Origin: an uncultured cyanobacterium | Lineage (GTDB): Bacteria > Cyanobacteriota > Cyanobacteriia > Cyanobacteriales > Nostocaceae | Reading direction: 5' to 3' | NCBI GenBank assembly: GCA_963706595.1 | Contig: OY970166.1 | Span: 3,840,001-3,904,000 of the forward strand | Length of the DNA: 64,000 nucleotides | Shown: piece after piece, positions 18,398 through 28,927 of the stretch | Layout of the letters: each line of letters begins with the position of its first letter | Numbering within the stretch: the first letter of the stretch is position 1 | Program-made: the position numbers and the translations under genes | The notes under the pieces: model-generated | The model's database searches: none | What the model saw: the letters and a program-made list of their open reading frames with translations, nothing else | Told to the model about the DNA's origin: nothing

Positions 18398-19261
18398 TCA
18401 AAATCCCGCTACTGGGTCTGGCTGAGACTCCAGGTGTTCGAGAAAACTGTGCAATTCTTCTTCGGTTAGCAAAGTGCGTCCCCGCTTGCCGTAAGTTTTA
18501 ATTAAATGCTCTCTTCCCTGTTCTGGTGTCCAGCCTAAGCGCTGAAGTTCGACATCTGTTTTAGCAATGACATCAGACAAGTCCACTGGTTCACTTCTCT
18601 TATTTTTCTTACCTAGCCCTATTTGATTACTTACACTGTCTGGTGGATTATAACTGCGGGGTGTAAATGGTGTGACATTACTCGCAAAATTTCCCGCAAA
18701 TGTCTGACGTTCCGGCTGGTTATCAGGCATCGTTTCCCGGTTTTCAAATGGGGTATCTAATTCTAGATGCCGGTCGTGGGTTGCAGAAACGTTTTGATTA
18801 AAATCGTGATCAGTGCTTTTTGTGTCCCTTGTGACTGACTCTGTGTTGGAATTTTTTTCACTTAGAGGCGGTAGAGATATTTCTCTGTCGTTGGGTGCTG
18901 ACCACTGGCTACTGCCAAAGTCTTCATCGATAACAGGGGAATAGCTAGCCTGATGGGGTTCGTTAACTTCTACCTCGTCTGTGTTCAAGGCAGAATTTAA
19001 CTGCTCCGGGGCTGTTGCTTGGGCAGCAAATTCTACCGATACCTGTGGAGAATTGCTAATGCCCAAAACCATTAATGCTCGAGTTCTGGCTTTATCTTCT
19101 GCTACTTCTACGGTTTCTGCCCCCGCCATACCAGTAGCACGGGTAACATTTTCAATTTGCAGTGAGCATCGGACAATGTATTTTCCTTGGAAAATTTGCA
19201 CTAATTCAGTAATAATACTGCCCTGGGGATACAAGCTCTGAAATTGAGCTAACATCAACAT
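18398..19261 (-). CDS. Hypothetical protein: globular N-domain, disordered linker, small helical C-domain
   Basis: Long ORF with ordered ends (AEDKARTRALMVLGI; LGWTPEQGREHL...TYGKRGR). Confidence 0.8.
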   Translation of the reverse strand: MLMLAQFQSLYPQGSIITELVQIFQGKYIVRCSLQIENVTRATGMAGAETVEVAEDKARTRALMVLGISNSPQVSVEFAAQATAPEQLNSALNTDEVEVNEPHQASYSPVIDEDFGSSQWSAPNDREISLPPLSEKNSNTESVTRDTKSTDHDFNQNVSATHDRHLELDTPFENRETMPDNQPERQTFAGNFASNVTPFTPRSYNPPDSVSNQIGLGKKNKRSEPVDLSDVIAKTDVELQRLGWTPEQGREHLIKTYGKRGRTLLTEEELHSFLEHLESQPDPVAGF

Positions 19262-20098
19262 AATACTGCCACCAATCTAAATCTGCTTTGTAACGAAAAG
19301 TGGACTACTCTTTCCTGTGTCTCCAAAAAAGAAAAATTAAAGTTTCTTTCTGACTCAGGACTCAGCAAGGACTAAACGCCCCGCTACCGCTCTAAGCGCA
19401 GCTATGCCCGCAGGGCTTTACAGCACTCAGTTGTGTCCCGATTGTAGCAGTAGCTGTTGGTTGAGTAACTCTAGGTGACCACTGTTTAAATGCTATACTA
19501 ATTACCCAATTCTATATCCGAAATTATTTTCTGGATGTACGCACTAAATCTACAATAATGGAGATAAGGTTCGCCCTCACTGCTTGTTAAGCTGCTTACC
19601 TGATTGTTACCGATTCTACATATAGGAAAATCGGGTGTACTGGCAGTTTATTTTACTTACACATCAGAGTCTCATGTTGTTAAAGTACCTGAAATATAGA
19701 CAATCAAACACTTGTGGTTTACTCTGGTAGCGCTTGCGGTCTGCGTGGAGAGTTATCCCAATCCAGCCTCTTTTAAAACTCGTTGCGTAATTACCTAGAG
19801 TTGCTCAATTCCAATCAGGTGTACTGTATTAAGTTGGGTTACTAAAAGGGACTTTGACTCAAACGAACTCACCAGATGATTTTGCAGTGCGAGGTTCGTA
19901 AACTCAAAGTGGCTGACCGTAAGGGTGAGTTGGCTTCCTTACTCTGAACAGAAACCCTGCCTCAAGGCATTCGTTTCCAGCTAGTGTAGTTAGGCAGAAG
20001 TGACCGACTATCTGACAACAAGTCGTTGTCTCCGATGCCCGCAGGGCTTCACGCGCAGCGTCTCCCCTGCTCCCAAAGGGAGAAAGCTACAAAGAAAA

Positions 20099-20244
20099 CT
20101 GACTTTTCATGGAAACTGTAAAACCCCTCTCCAAACTTCTCCCCTGTAAGGAGAGATATTTTAAATTTTCCCCGTTCTCTAGTCGGAAAGGGGGCTAGAG
20201 GGTGAGGTTATACGATAATCTTTCCTCATGACCTGAAAAGTCAG
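20099..20244. mobile_element. MITE-like element (146 bp) with terminal inverted repeats
   Basis: ctgacttttca at 20099 and tgaaaagtcag ending at 20244; internal C-rich and G-rich complementary arms. Confidence 0.55.
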
Positions 20245-20417
20245 CAGATAAAAAAGTCCTTTGACTTTTGCGTAGCAGCAAAGCGTGTCTGTAAGCCCTG
20301 TTTGCCCTGCGTCTCCCCGAATCCCAAAGGGAGAGGCTAGCGCCAAGGGAGAGGGTATACACCGAAAGGGACAGATTAAATGAAAAATGATGTTTTGACC
20401 AAAGGTCGGTTCACTGC

Positions 20418-22742
20418 ATGGAATTTTCTATCGCTACACTCCTTGCCAATTTCACTGATGATAAATTGGTTGCTCGTAAAGTTTTGGAAAAGAAACTAGG
20501 TTGCGAGGATGAAATTAGTTTACAAAAACTTCACATTGCCTTGGAAGTTCTGGAAAAAATCGGAATTCTGGTGAAAGAACGCGGCAAATATCGCCGGGTG
20601 GCCGAAGAAGGTGTGATTGAAGCCAAACTCCGTTGTTCTAGTAAAGGCTTTTGCTTTGCTATTCAAGATGTGGAAGGAGCAGAGGATATTTATATTCGTG
20701 AAAGCCATCTGAGTAATGCTTGGAATGGCGATCGCGTTTTGGTTAGAGTCCTCAAAGAAGGTAGTCGTCGTCGTTCTCCAGAAGGAGAAGTTAAGCTGAT
20801 CCTGGAACGTTCCAACCACACATTACTGGCACGAATTAAGCCAGTAGAAAACGGTTTTCGGGCTGTACCTTTAGATGATCGACTGCTGTTTGAACTCAAA
20901 ATCCAAACAAATGGCATGAAATTAGAAGAAGCCATCGACCACCTCGCCCACGTGGAAGTGCTGCGTTATCCTCTAGCACAATACCCCCCACTGGGTCGAG
21001 TGGTACAAATCCTGGGTAGCGATGCCGAGGCAGCTGCTGATATAGATTTGGTAACTTGTAAGCATGATTTGTCCCGTAATTTCCCTGATTCAATTCTAGA
21101 TGCGGCCGCTAGGTTGCCCAAAAGGCTCCTGAAAGCAGACCTGAAAGACAAACTAGATTTACGTAATTTATTTACCCTGACGATTGCAGGTGTAAATGTT
21201 GACAGTAAATTTATTGAGAATGCTTTCAGTTTAGAAAAAACAGCAGAGGGACATTGGCTTTTAGGCGTTCACGTTGCTGACGTTGCCCATTATGTTCACC
21301 CTGACGAACCCCTAGATAGAGAATCTGTAAAACGGGGAAAATCAGTATATTTGGGAGATTTGGTGCTGCCAATGTTACCCGAAGGGGTGGCTGAACGCTG
21401 TTCATTCGTAGCAGGAAGCGATCGCCTAGCCCTCTCCTTCTTAATTGCCATTGATCCACAGTCTGGAGAAGCGTTGGAGTGGGAAATTCAACCCAGCGTG
21501 ATCAATGTAGATACGGATCTGAGTCGGCAAGAAGCAGAAGCTATTCTTAGAGGTGAATTTGAAGATGAAGCTCCAAAGGTAATTGAGATTGTGCAAGACC
21601 TAGAAACATTGCGAAAGGCAGTCAAACAGACGCGCCTAGCTCGTGGTAGCTTGCAGTTAAATCTACCGCCTAACCAAAACCCTTACTATGATGAGGGGAT
21701 CTTGGGAGCAGTATTGGTCAATGATTTACCAGTGCGATCGCTGTTGACAGAGTTCGTGCTACTAGTGAATGAACTCATGGCCAAACATCTCAGTGCTTTA
21801 GGTGTTCCCGCCATTTGGCGAGTCCAAGGGACACCGGATACCGAAGATGTTCAGGAAATGCTAAAATTAGCCATAAATTTAGGTGTAGAACTCACACTAG
21901 AAGCAGAAGTAGAAATTCAACCTTTAGATTATCAACATTTAACTGGGGCTTTTGCTGAATCGCCATCAGAACAAGTTCTAACTTATCTATTGCAAGATAC
22001 ACTCAAACCAGCTGCCTATAACACCACGAAAGGAACGCACTTTGGTTTGTCGCTAGAGCAATATACACACTGTACTTCTCCTCTGCGAAGATACCCAGAT
22101 TTGCTCATGCAAAGAGTGTATTATAGGTTACTTGAACATGGACGCGATCGCCGCAATACCCGTGTAAAAGAGCGAGTTAATCTGCGCCATTCTTCTTCTC
22201 ACCACGAAATTAACTGGAACGTTCTCCCGCCAGAATTGCAACAAGAACTTCAAAGTGATTTGCATCGGGTAATTATCCAGATTAACGACAGAGAAAAAGA
22301 AGTCCAAGAAGCCGAAGCCGATTTAGCCGGACTGCAAAAAGCCCAACTGATGAAACAGCGTATCGGTCAGGTATTCCAGGGTGTCATTACTGGTGTGCAG
22401 TCTTATGGCTTCTTTGTGGAAATTGAAGTTCCAGCCGCCGAATCGAGTCCTGGAGAAGATATCAGCGTACCTCTACGGGTAGAAGGACTGGTACACGTCA
22501 GTTCCCTCAAAGATGACTGGTATGAATATCGCGCCAGACAACAGGCACTATTTGGGCGCAAAAATCGAGCTTCTTACAGACTAGGCGATCGCGTAGCCGT
22601 ACAAGTTAAAAGTGTCGATTACTATCGTCAGCAAATTGATTTAGTAACTGTCAGCAGTGATCTTGTAGCTAAAGGTTTGGGTGACAATGCTACTAACAGT
22701 GACGCATCAGATGTATACTTACCCAGCAACTTAGATACATGA
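20418..22742 (+). CDS. zam: RNase II/R family protein, Zam-type
   Basis: Cold-shock domains (KGFCF, AWNGDRV), RNB motifs (VHVADV, TSPLRRYPD) and C-terminal S1 domain; MEFSIATLL N-terminus. Confidence 0.85.
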   Translation: MEFSIATLLANFTDDKLVARKVLEKKLGCEDEISLQKLHIALEVLEKIGILVKERGKYRRVAEEGVIEAKLRCSSKGFCFAIQDVEGAEDIYIRESHLSNAWNGDRVLVRVLKEGSRRRSPEGEVKLILERSNHTLLARIKPVENGFRAVPLDDRLLFELKIQTNGMKLEEAIDHLAHVEVLRYPLAQYPPLGRVVQILGSDAEAAADIDLVTCKHDLSRNFPDSILDAAARLPKRLLKADLKDKLDLRNLFTLTIAGVNVDSKFIENAFSLEKTAEGHWLLGVHVADVAHYVHPDEPLDRESVKRGKSVYLGDLVLPMLPEGVAERCSFVAGSDRLALSFLIAIDPQSGEALEWEIQPSVINVDTDLSRQEAEAILRGEFEDEAPKVIEIVQDLETLRKAVKQTRLARGSLQLNLPPNQNPYYDEGILGAVLVNDLPVRSLLTEFVLLVNELMAKHLSALGVPAIWRVQGTPDTEDVQEMLKLAINLGVELTLEAEVEIQPLDYQHLTGAFAESPSEQVLTYLLQDTLKPAAYNTTKGTHFGLSLEQYTHCTSPLRRYPDLLMQRVYYRLLEHGRDRRNTRVKERVNLRHSSSHHEINWNVLPPELQQELQSDLHRVIIQINDREKEVQEAEADLAGLQKAQLMKQRIGQVFQGVITGVQSYGFFVEIEVPAAESSPGEDISVPLRVEGLVHVSSLKDDWYEYRARQQALFGRKNRASYRLGDRVAVQVKSVDYYRQQIDLVTVSSDLVAKGLGDNATNSDASDVYLPSNLDT

Positions 22743-22915
22743 CATATCCCTCCACTCAGTGCCAGAGGTGAGTGATTGCTCACCAATAAACACTTATTGG
22801 TTTCCTAGTTACTCCCCTTCGGCTGAAGCTCACGGCACCAGCCGAACGGGATTTTGACACTTGCCTAAATCGAGTTACCCCAACCCCTCACAAGATAAAC
22901 TGTACTAAAAGCCCC

Positions 22916-23536
22916 GTGTCAAACAACTCCAAACCCCTGATCTTAGGCATATCTGGTGCATCTGGTCTGATCTACGCCGTTCATGCCCTCAAATATCTGC
23001 TCGCAGCAGACTATGAGATTGAACTAGTAGCTTCTAAATCAACTTACATGGTCTGGTCCAGCGAACAGGAAACACGAATGCCAGCTGAACCAAGCGCACA
23101 AGAGCAATTTTGGCGAGAACAAGCTGGAGTAGCTGTTGGGGGGAAACTACGCTGCCATCCTTGGGGTGATGTAGGAGCCGGAATCGCTAGCGGTTCTTTT
23201 CGCACCTTGGGGATGATTATTATGCCATGTAGCATGAGTACAGTAGCAAAGATAGCAGGTGGCTTAAGTTCCGACTTACTAGAACGGGCTGCGGATGTCC
23301 AGATTAAAGAAGGGCGAAAGCTAGTCATCGTTCCCCGCGAAACCCCATTTAGCCTGATTCACCTGCGAAACTTAACAACTTTGGCCGAAACTGGTGTCAG
23401 AGTTGTACCAGCCATTCCGGCTTGGTATCACAATCCTCAAACCATTGAGGACTTAGTTGATTTTGTAGTTGCCCGTGCTTTAGATCAACTAGATATTGAT
23501 TGCATTCCCATTCAACGTTGGCAAGGAAGTAAGTAA
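22916..23536 (+). CDS. ubiX: Flavin prenyltransferase
   Basis: GISGASG, IASGS, PCSMST, RAADV and PRETP motifs. Confidence 0.93.
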   Translation: MSNNSKPLILGISGASGLIYAVHALKYLLAADYEIELVASKSTYMVWSSEQETRMPAEPSAQEQFWREQAGVAVGGKLRCHPWGDVGAGIASGSFRTLGMIIMPCSMSTVAKIAGGLSSDLLERAADVQIKEGRKLVIVPRETPFSLIHLRNLTTLAETGVRVVPAIPAWYHNPQTIEDLVDFVVARALDQLDIDCIPIQRWQGSK

Positions 23537-23590
23537 CTCTTGCCCTTTGCCTTTGGCTTTGATTGAGTAACTTTGACTTTTGCCTTTTCT

Positions 23591-24307
23591 ATGGCTGTAA
23601 TTCGCTTAATTCTGTTAGTAGCAGTACTAGGAATACTCACACTGTTGTTAGTTCAAAATTGGTCGCCTGTTCTATCCCTCGTCTTTTTGGGTGTGCGAAG
23701 TCTATCATTACCCCTGGCAATGTGGATTTTTTTTAGTACTGCTGCTGGTGCTTTCACATCCCTATTCATTAGTACCTTGCTGAAGGTATCAAACTATTTT
23801 GGGGAACAACAACGCCAAAGACCATATAAATCAGCTGGAACTTCACCCCGCGCGAAAGCGACAACATCTAGGGAAGAACCTCAACCACCCCCTTATAGAC
23901 CTTCGACCGCAGCTAGTCAAACAGAGTCAGCTACCAGTAAAGCATTTGATGATTGGGAGACAAATGATCGTAGAAACGATGATTGGGACTTTGATGAACA
24001 ACCACCACAAGCACCTACTCCCAGTCCACAAACTCCACCAGTTCGAGACTCTCAAAGCTATGAACGCCAACAAGAACCTCAAAGCCGTTCCCAATCTGGT
24101 TCGGTTTACTCCTACAACTATCGTGAGCCGAAAAATACTGCGGTAGGAAAAACTGAATCCGTGTACGATGCTGATTACCGGGTCATCATTCCCCCTTATG
24201 AACCACCGACGACTAACCAAGTGGATGAACAAGGCGATGATGACGACGATTGGAAGTTTTTTGAAGACGACGATTTTGAGAATGAAGATGAGCGATCGCG
24301 TCAGTAA
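23591..24307 (+). CDS. LapA (DUF1049)-like membrane protein with acidic disordered tail
   Basis: Two N-terminal TM helices around QNW, then a Pro/Ser/Asp-rich tail with YDADYRVI. Confidence 0.7.
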   Translation: MAVIRLILLVAVLGILTLLLVQNWSPVLSLVFLGVRSLSLPLAMWIFFSTAAGAFTSLFISTLLKVSNYFGEQQRQRPYKSAGTSPRAKATTSREEPQPPPYRPSTAASQTESATSKAFDDWETNDRRNDDWDFDEQPPQAPTPSPQTPPVRDSQSYERQQEPQSRSQSGSVYSYNYREPKNTAVGKTESVYDADYRVIIPPYEPPTTNQVDEQGDDDDDWKFFEDDDFENEDERSRQ

Positions 24308-24315
24308 GCTCTGAA

Positions 24316-24510
24316 TTACTGGGATAATACACGCTGACGAGACTCCTGCTTAACCTTACCGTTCATAGCGGCCTCTTGCAAAGCCATGAAAGCATTGAAA
24401 TCTTCCAAGTCATACTGGGTAGTCAGCAGATGCCGTAGTTGGTTTTCTGCTTCAACAGTCAGATAGCTACTTGCTAAAGCTTTTTCTACTACGTCACGAA
24501 TTCGAGTCAT
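24316..24510 (-). CDS. Small hypothetical protein (64 aa)
   Basis: GAGG SD-like site upstream; the YLTVEAENQLR...QESR pattern resembles small cyanobacterial proteins. Confidence 0.7.
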   Translation of the reverse strand: MTRIRDVVEKALASSYLTVEAENQLRHLLTTQYDLEDFNAFMALQEAAMNGKVKQESRQRVLSQ

Positions 24511-24568
24511 TGTTGATGCCTCTTACATACCACATTAATTTATTTGGTCTTACTCTGATGGGATATGC

Positions 24569-24584
24569 AGTAACTACTGTTACT
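24569..24584. promoter_or_regulatory. Putative NtcA site (GTA-N8-TAC)
   Basis: AGTAAC-tact-GTTACT palindrome about 60 bp upstream of the 64-aa gene. Confidence 0.5.
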
Positions 24585-24871
24585 AAATCTTCAAGTTGAT
24601 GAACTTCAGGGGTCAAATGTTAAAAAACAAGTCATTTTTTACACTGGAATTTGCTCTAATTATTGATATAGGCTTGTTATAACTAAGTTTGATAAGTTCA
24701 ATACTGTGCTTTTAAAAACATAGTATTTTGTACAACTAAAATTTCCCACCAGAATGAGTCCTGTTGGTTTGTATTGACAGAATTTGTCTGGATAAAGTTT
24801 CATCGAAACTTTATAAAATTTCATTGAATCATTAAATATACTTAATAAAAAATTACCAACTGGTTTTATTT

Positions 24872-25122
24872 TATAGCTGGGGAGTAGGGAGTAGGGAGTG
24901 GGGAGTTAGTTAAAACCCTTTTGGTGTCTAAGTTTGATTATCCGTTCAGGTCTTCACCTCTTTGGCGGTTGCTATAACTCGTAGAAATACTGTATAAGTA
25001 ATATTACATACAGATTTCAATTAAATTAAAGTATAGCTGGGCAGTAGGGAGTGGGTTAAAACTCTTTTGGTGTCTAAGTTTGATTATCCGTTTATGTCTT
25101 AACCTCCTTGGCGGTTGCTATA
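24872..25122. repeat. Two direct copies of a 90-105-bp TATAGC...GCTATA-bounded element
   Basis: Copies at 24872-24976 and 25032-25122 share ttttggtgtctaagtttgattatccgtt...ttggcggttgctata. Confidence 0.85.
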
Positions 25123-25180
25123 ATTTTAGAAGTTAGGATGGATAATAGTGAAATTAACCCTAACTGGAGCAAAACGACTG

Positions 25181-25726
25181 GTGAGTAGCTTATTGCAAGG
25201 AGTCAACCTGTATTTAATTGGCATGATGGGCGCTGGTAAAACGACGGTAGGACAATTACTAGCAAAGCATCTGGATTATAGATTTTTAGATACTGATAGT
25301 GTAATTACTCAATCGGCAGGAAGATCAGTCAATCAGCTTTTTGCCGAAGAAGGTGAAGCAGAATTTCGCCAGTTAGAAAGTGATGTATTGGCACAAGTGT
25401 GTGCTTATACGCGGTTGACCATAGCCACAGGTGGCGGCATAGTTTTACGGACAGAAAACTGGAGTTACCTACACCACGGTTTAGTTGTGTGGTTAGATGT
25501 GCCAGTGGAATTACTTCACACCCGCTTGGCAGAGGATACCACAAGACCATTATTACAAGATGCTGATCCTCAAGGCAAATTGCGATCGCTTCTCGAACAA
25601 CGAACACCACTTTACTCTCAAGCTGATCTCAAAATCACGGTAACAGAAGAAGAAACACCTGAAGAAATTGCTAACAGAGTCATAGAATCAATCCCCAGCG
25701 TTCTGAAACCAGAAGTTTTGCATTAA
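25181..25726 (+). CDS. aroK: Shikimate kinase
   Basis: GMMGAGKTT, LDTD, ATGGG and RPLL motifs; GTG at 25181 preferred. Confidence 0.93.
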   Translation: MSSLLQGVNLYLIGMMGAGKTTVGQLLAKHLDYRFLDTDSVITQSAGRSVNQLFAEEGEAEFRQLESDVLAQVCAYTRLTIATGGGIVLRTENWSYLHHGLVVWLDVPVELLHTRLAEDTTRPLLQDADPQGKLRSLLEQRTPLYSQADLKITVTEEETPEEIANRVIESIPSVLKPEVLH

Positions 25727-25739
25727 ACATCGAGCATTG

Positions 25740-25925
25740 TTACTGTCCAAATTCCAGCCTAGCCTGTTCCACCAAATCGGCTGTTACAGCCTTTTTCTCG
25801 GCTTGACGTGCTAACTGTTCAATTCGGGCTTTAGCTTGGGAACGGGCAAAAAAGGGAATATTTTGCAATTTTTCCTGAGCTTCTGATGTCCAGCCCAAAG
25901 CATCTGTAAAATTTGATTCGCTCAT
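25740..25925 (-). CDS. PCP_red domain small protein (homologue of the ChlB C-terminal domain)
   Basis: [17 protein letters not shown]...IEQLAR...VT pattern. Confidence 0.8.
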   Translation of the reverse strand: MSESNFTDALGWTSEAQEKLQNIPFFARSQAKARIEQLARQAEKKAVTADLVEQARLEFGQ

Positions 25926-25977
25926 ATTATTTATTGCTCGTGCAATTAGTTTAATTGTGCCATATCCCAGCGCCAAT

Positions 25978-26006
25978 AAAAAAAGCCCCTGTTGTTAAAC
26001 AAGGGC
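25978..26006 (-). terminator. Rho-independent terminator of psbD-psbC
   Basis: On the minus strand, a gccc...gggc hairpin followed by a T-run. Confidence 0.7.
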
Positions 26007-26049
26007 AAATAAAGCATTCGATTGTCAGTGATGAAATAAATTTTCCAAC

Positions 26050-27438
26050 CTAGTCAATGTCATCCATGAACATAACTGGCTCAGTCTCACGGTTGATTCC
26101 TTTTTCAAAACCACCAGCAGCAGCGCGAGCGCGACCCGCGTGCCATAAGTGACCAATTAGGAAGAAGAAACCTAATACGAAGTGAGATGTTGCCAACCAA
26201 GCACGAGGAGATACGTAGTTGAAAGAGTTGATTTCAGTAGCCACACCACCTACAGAGTTCAAAGAACCCAAAGGAGCGTGAGTCATGTATTCAGCAGCAC
26301 GACGTGCTTGCCAAGGTTGAATATCATTCTTGACTTTATCTAAGTCAAGACCGTTAGGACCACGTAGAGGCTCTAACCAAGGGCCTTGGAAATCCCAGAA
26401 GCGCATGGTTTCACCACCGAAGATGATTTCACCGGTAGGAGAACGCATCAGGTATTTACCCAGACCTGTAGGACCTTGTGCAGAACCGACGTTAGCACCT
26501 AAGCGTTGGTCACGAATCAAGAAGGTCAAAGCTTGAGCTTGAGAAGCTTCTGAAGCTGTAGGACCAAAGAATTCGCTGGGATAAGCAGTATTGTTAAACC
26601 AAACCATGACAGAGGCGATGAACCCCATCAAGGAAAGAGCGCCCAAACTGTAGGAAAGGTAAGCCTCACCAGACCAGATGAACGCACGACGCGCCCATGC
26701 AAAAGGCTTGGTGAAGATGTGCCAAATACCACCAGAAATACACATCAGGGCAATCCAGATGTGACCACCGATGATATCTTCCATGTTATTGACGCTGATA
26801 ATCCAACCTTCGCCACCGAAGGGAGCCTTAATCAAATAACCGAAGATTACAGCTGGGTTTAATGTTGGGTTACTAATAACACGAACATCACCACCACCTG
26901 GAGCCCAGGTGTCGTAAACACCACCAAAGAACATGGCCTTCAGCACCAACAGGAGCGCACCACATCCCAGGATGATCAGGTGGAACCCGATGATGTTAGT
27001 CATCTTGTTCTTATCTTTCCAGTCATAGCCAAAGAAGGAGGAATACTCTTCTAAAGTATCTGGTCCACGAACGGCATGATAAATCCCGCCAAAACCCAGC
27101 ACAGCTGAAGAAATTAAGTGGAGTACACCAACCACAAAGTAAGGAAAGGTGTCAAAAATTTGACCACCAGCACCAACGCCCCATCCTAGTGTGGCGAGGT
27201 GAGGAAGCAGGATCAAACCCTGCTCGTACATGGGCTTTTCAGGAATGAAGTGAGCGACTTCAAATAAAGTCATCGCTCCCGCCCAGAATACAATCAAACC
27301 AGCATGGGCAACGTGAGCGCCAAGCAGTTTACCAGATAGGTTGATTAAACGAGCGTTACCAGACCACCAAGCAAAGCCTGATGATTCTTGGTCACGTCCG
27401 CCGCCTAATACAGTTGATCTATTAGAGAGCGTTACCAC
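26050..27438 (-). CDS. psbC: Photosystem II CP43 protein
   Basis: [27 protein letters not shown] and GGETMRFWD; characteristic overlap with psbD. Confidence 0.99.
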   Translation of the reverse strand: MVTLSNRSTVLGGGRDQESSGFAWWSGNARLINLSGKLLGAHVAHAGLIVFWAGAMTLFEVAHFIPEKPMYEQGLILLPHLATLGWGVGAGGQIFDTFPYFVVGVLHLISSAVLGFGGIYHAVRGPDTLEEYSSFFGYDWKDKNKMTNIIGFHLIILGCGALLLVLKAMFFGGVYDTWAPGGGDVRVISNPTLNPAVIFGYLIKAPFGGEGWIISVNNMEDIIGGHIWIALMCISGGIWHIFTKPFAWARRAFIWSGEAYLSYSLGALSLMGFIASVMVWFNNTAYPSEFFGPTASEASQAQALTFLIRDQRLGANVGSAQGPTGLGKYLMRSPTGEIIFGGETMRFWDFQGPWLEPLRGPNGLDLDKVKNDIQPWQARRAAEYMTHAPLGSLNSVGGVATEINSFNYVSPRAWLATSHFVLGFFFLIGHLWHAGRARAAAGGFEKGINRETEPVMFMDDID

Positions 27439-28483
27439 GCGGTAGAACCTCCTCTGGGAATACGAATTGTTTGTGAGGCTGATCTTGAGGAGCCATCCAA
27501 GCGCGGATACCCTCGTTCAGCAAAATGTTTTTGGTATAGAAAGTTTCAAACTCTGGGTCTTCTGCTGCCCGTAATTCTTGGGAAACGAAGTCATAAGCCC
27601 GCAGGTTTAGTGCTAAACCAACAATCCCAATTGATGCCATCCATAAGCCAGTGACTGGCACAAATAGCATAAAGAAGTGTAACCAACGTTTGTTGGAGAA
27701 AGCAATCCCGAAAATCTGTGACCAGAAACGGTTTGCTGTCACCATTGAGTAGGTTTCTTCTGCTTGGGTGGGGTTGAAAGCTGGGAAGGTGTTAGAAGAA
27801 CCTTCGCCGTCTTCAAACAAGGTGTTTTCTACTGTGGCTCCATGAATGGCACACAATAGCGCACCACCCAAGACACCTGCTACACCCATCATGTGGAAGG
27901 GGTTGAGTGTCCAGTTGTGGAAACCTTGCAGGAATAGTAGAAAACGGAAGATTGCAGCTACACCAAAGCTAGGTCCAAAGAACCAGCTTGACTGTCCCAA
28001 GGGGTACATCAGAAATACGCTGACGAATACCGCAATAGGTGCAGAGAAGGCAAGAGCGTTGTATGGACGGATGCCTACTAGACGGGCAATTTCAAATTGG
28101 CGCAACATGAAGCCAATCAATGCAAAGGCTCCGTGTAGGGCTACGAATGGCCACAATCCACCCAATTGGAACCAACGGGTGAGGTCGCCTTGAGCTTCGG
28201 GTCCCCACAACAATAGTAGGGAGTGTCCTAAGCTGTCTGGAGGTGAGGAAACTGCAACTGTTAAAAAGTTAGCTCCTTCCAGGTAAGATGATGCTAATCC
28301 GTGGGAGTACCAGGAGGTGACGAATGTTGTACCGGTGAGCCAACCGCCTAGTGCTAGGTAAGCGCAGGGAAATAATAATATCCCTGACCAGCCTACGAAT
28401 ACGAAGCGATCGCGCTTTAACCAGTCGTCTAATACGTCAAACCACCCTCTTGTACTAGGGGCGCGTCCAACTGCGATGGTCAT
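27422..28483 (-). CDS. psbD: Photosystem II D2 protein
   Basis: [24 protein letters not shown] and C-terminal EVLPRGNAL. Confidence 0.99.
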   Translation of the reverse strand: MTIAVGRAPSTRGWFDVLDDWLKRDRFVFVGWSGILLFPCAYLALGGWLTGTTFVTSWYSHGLASSYLEGANFLTVAVSSPPDSLGHSLLLLWGPEAQGDLTRWFQLGGLWPFVALHGAFALIGFMLRQFEIARLVGIRPYNALAFSAPIAVFVSVFLMYPLGQSSWFFGPSFGVAAIFRFLLFLQGFHNWTLNPFHMMGVAGVLGGALLCAIHGATVENTLFEDGEGSSNTFPAFNPTQAEETYSMVTANRFWSQIFGIAFSNKRWLHFFMLFVPVTGLWMASIGIVGLALNLRAYDFVSQELRAAEDPEFETFYTKNILLNEGIRAWMAPQDQPHKQFVFPEEVLPRGNAL

Positions 28484-28927
28484 TCAACTAAAATCCTCTT
28501 TTACTAAAATTGCAACGTTTTTGAAGCAGCGCTATCGGCAATTCTACCGACTTTACGCGAATGCAACGAGGAATTAACGTTTTTTTTTGACAATCCCATC
28601 TGCCTGAAGCATCTGAGAATCTGAGTTTTGACCGTCTTGATGATCGGAGTTTCTCAGAGTTATGCCATTACACGTACCATTAGCTAATTACTAGCCTGTG
28701 GTAACTTAATGATTCTTAACTTATCACATTAGGTTGGGTTTTCGCCCAATCGAGTTCAGTAAATTAGCTATTAAACACAAACTCATTACTTATTATTAAT
28801 ATCAGAATTTTAACAATCTGACACAAGTTTTCTCAGAAAGCTCAAAGGTTTAGTCCCTGAACTTGCACGAAAAGCTCCGGAAATGGCAGACTTGAATAGC
28901 GAAGAACTCACAGGCCAAGGTAGTTCA

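Noticed and set aside
18162..18401. 79-aa ORF with WGLGTGD and PYSLLPT repeats
   Set aside because: Translation of the STRR heptamer arrays, not a real protein.
26330..28193. Antisense ORFs within psbC/psbD, and similar shadow ORFs inside other genes
   Set aside because: Codon-bias shadows of strongly conserved genes.
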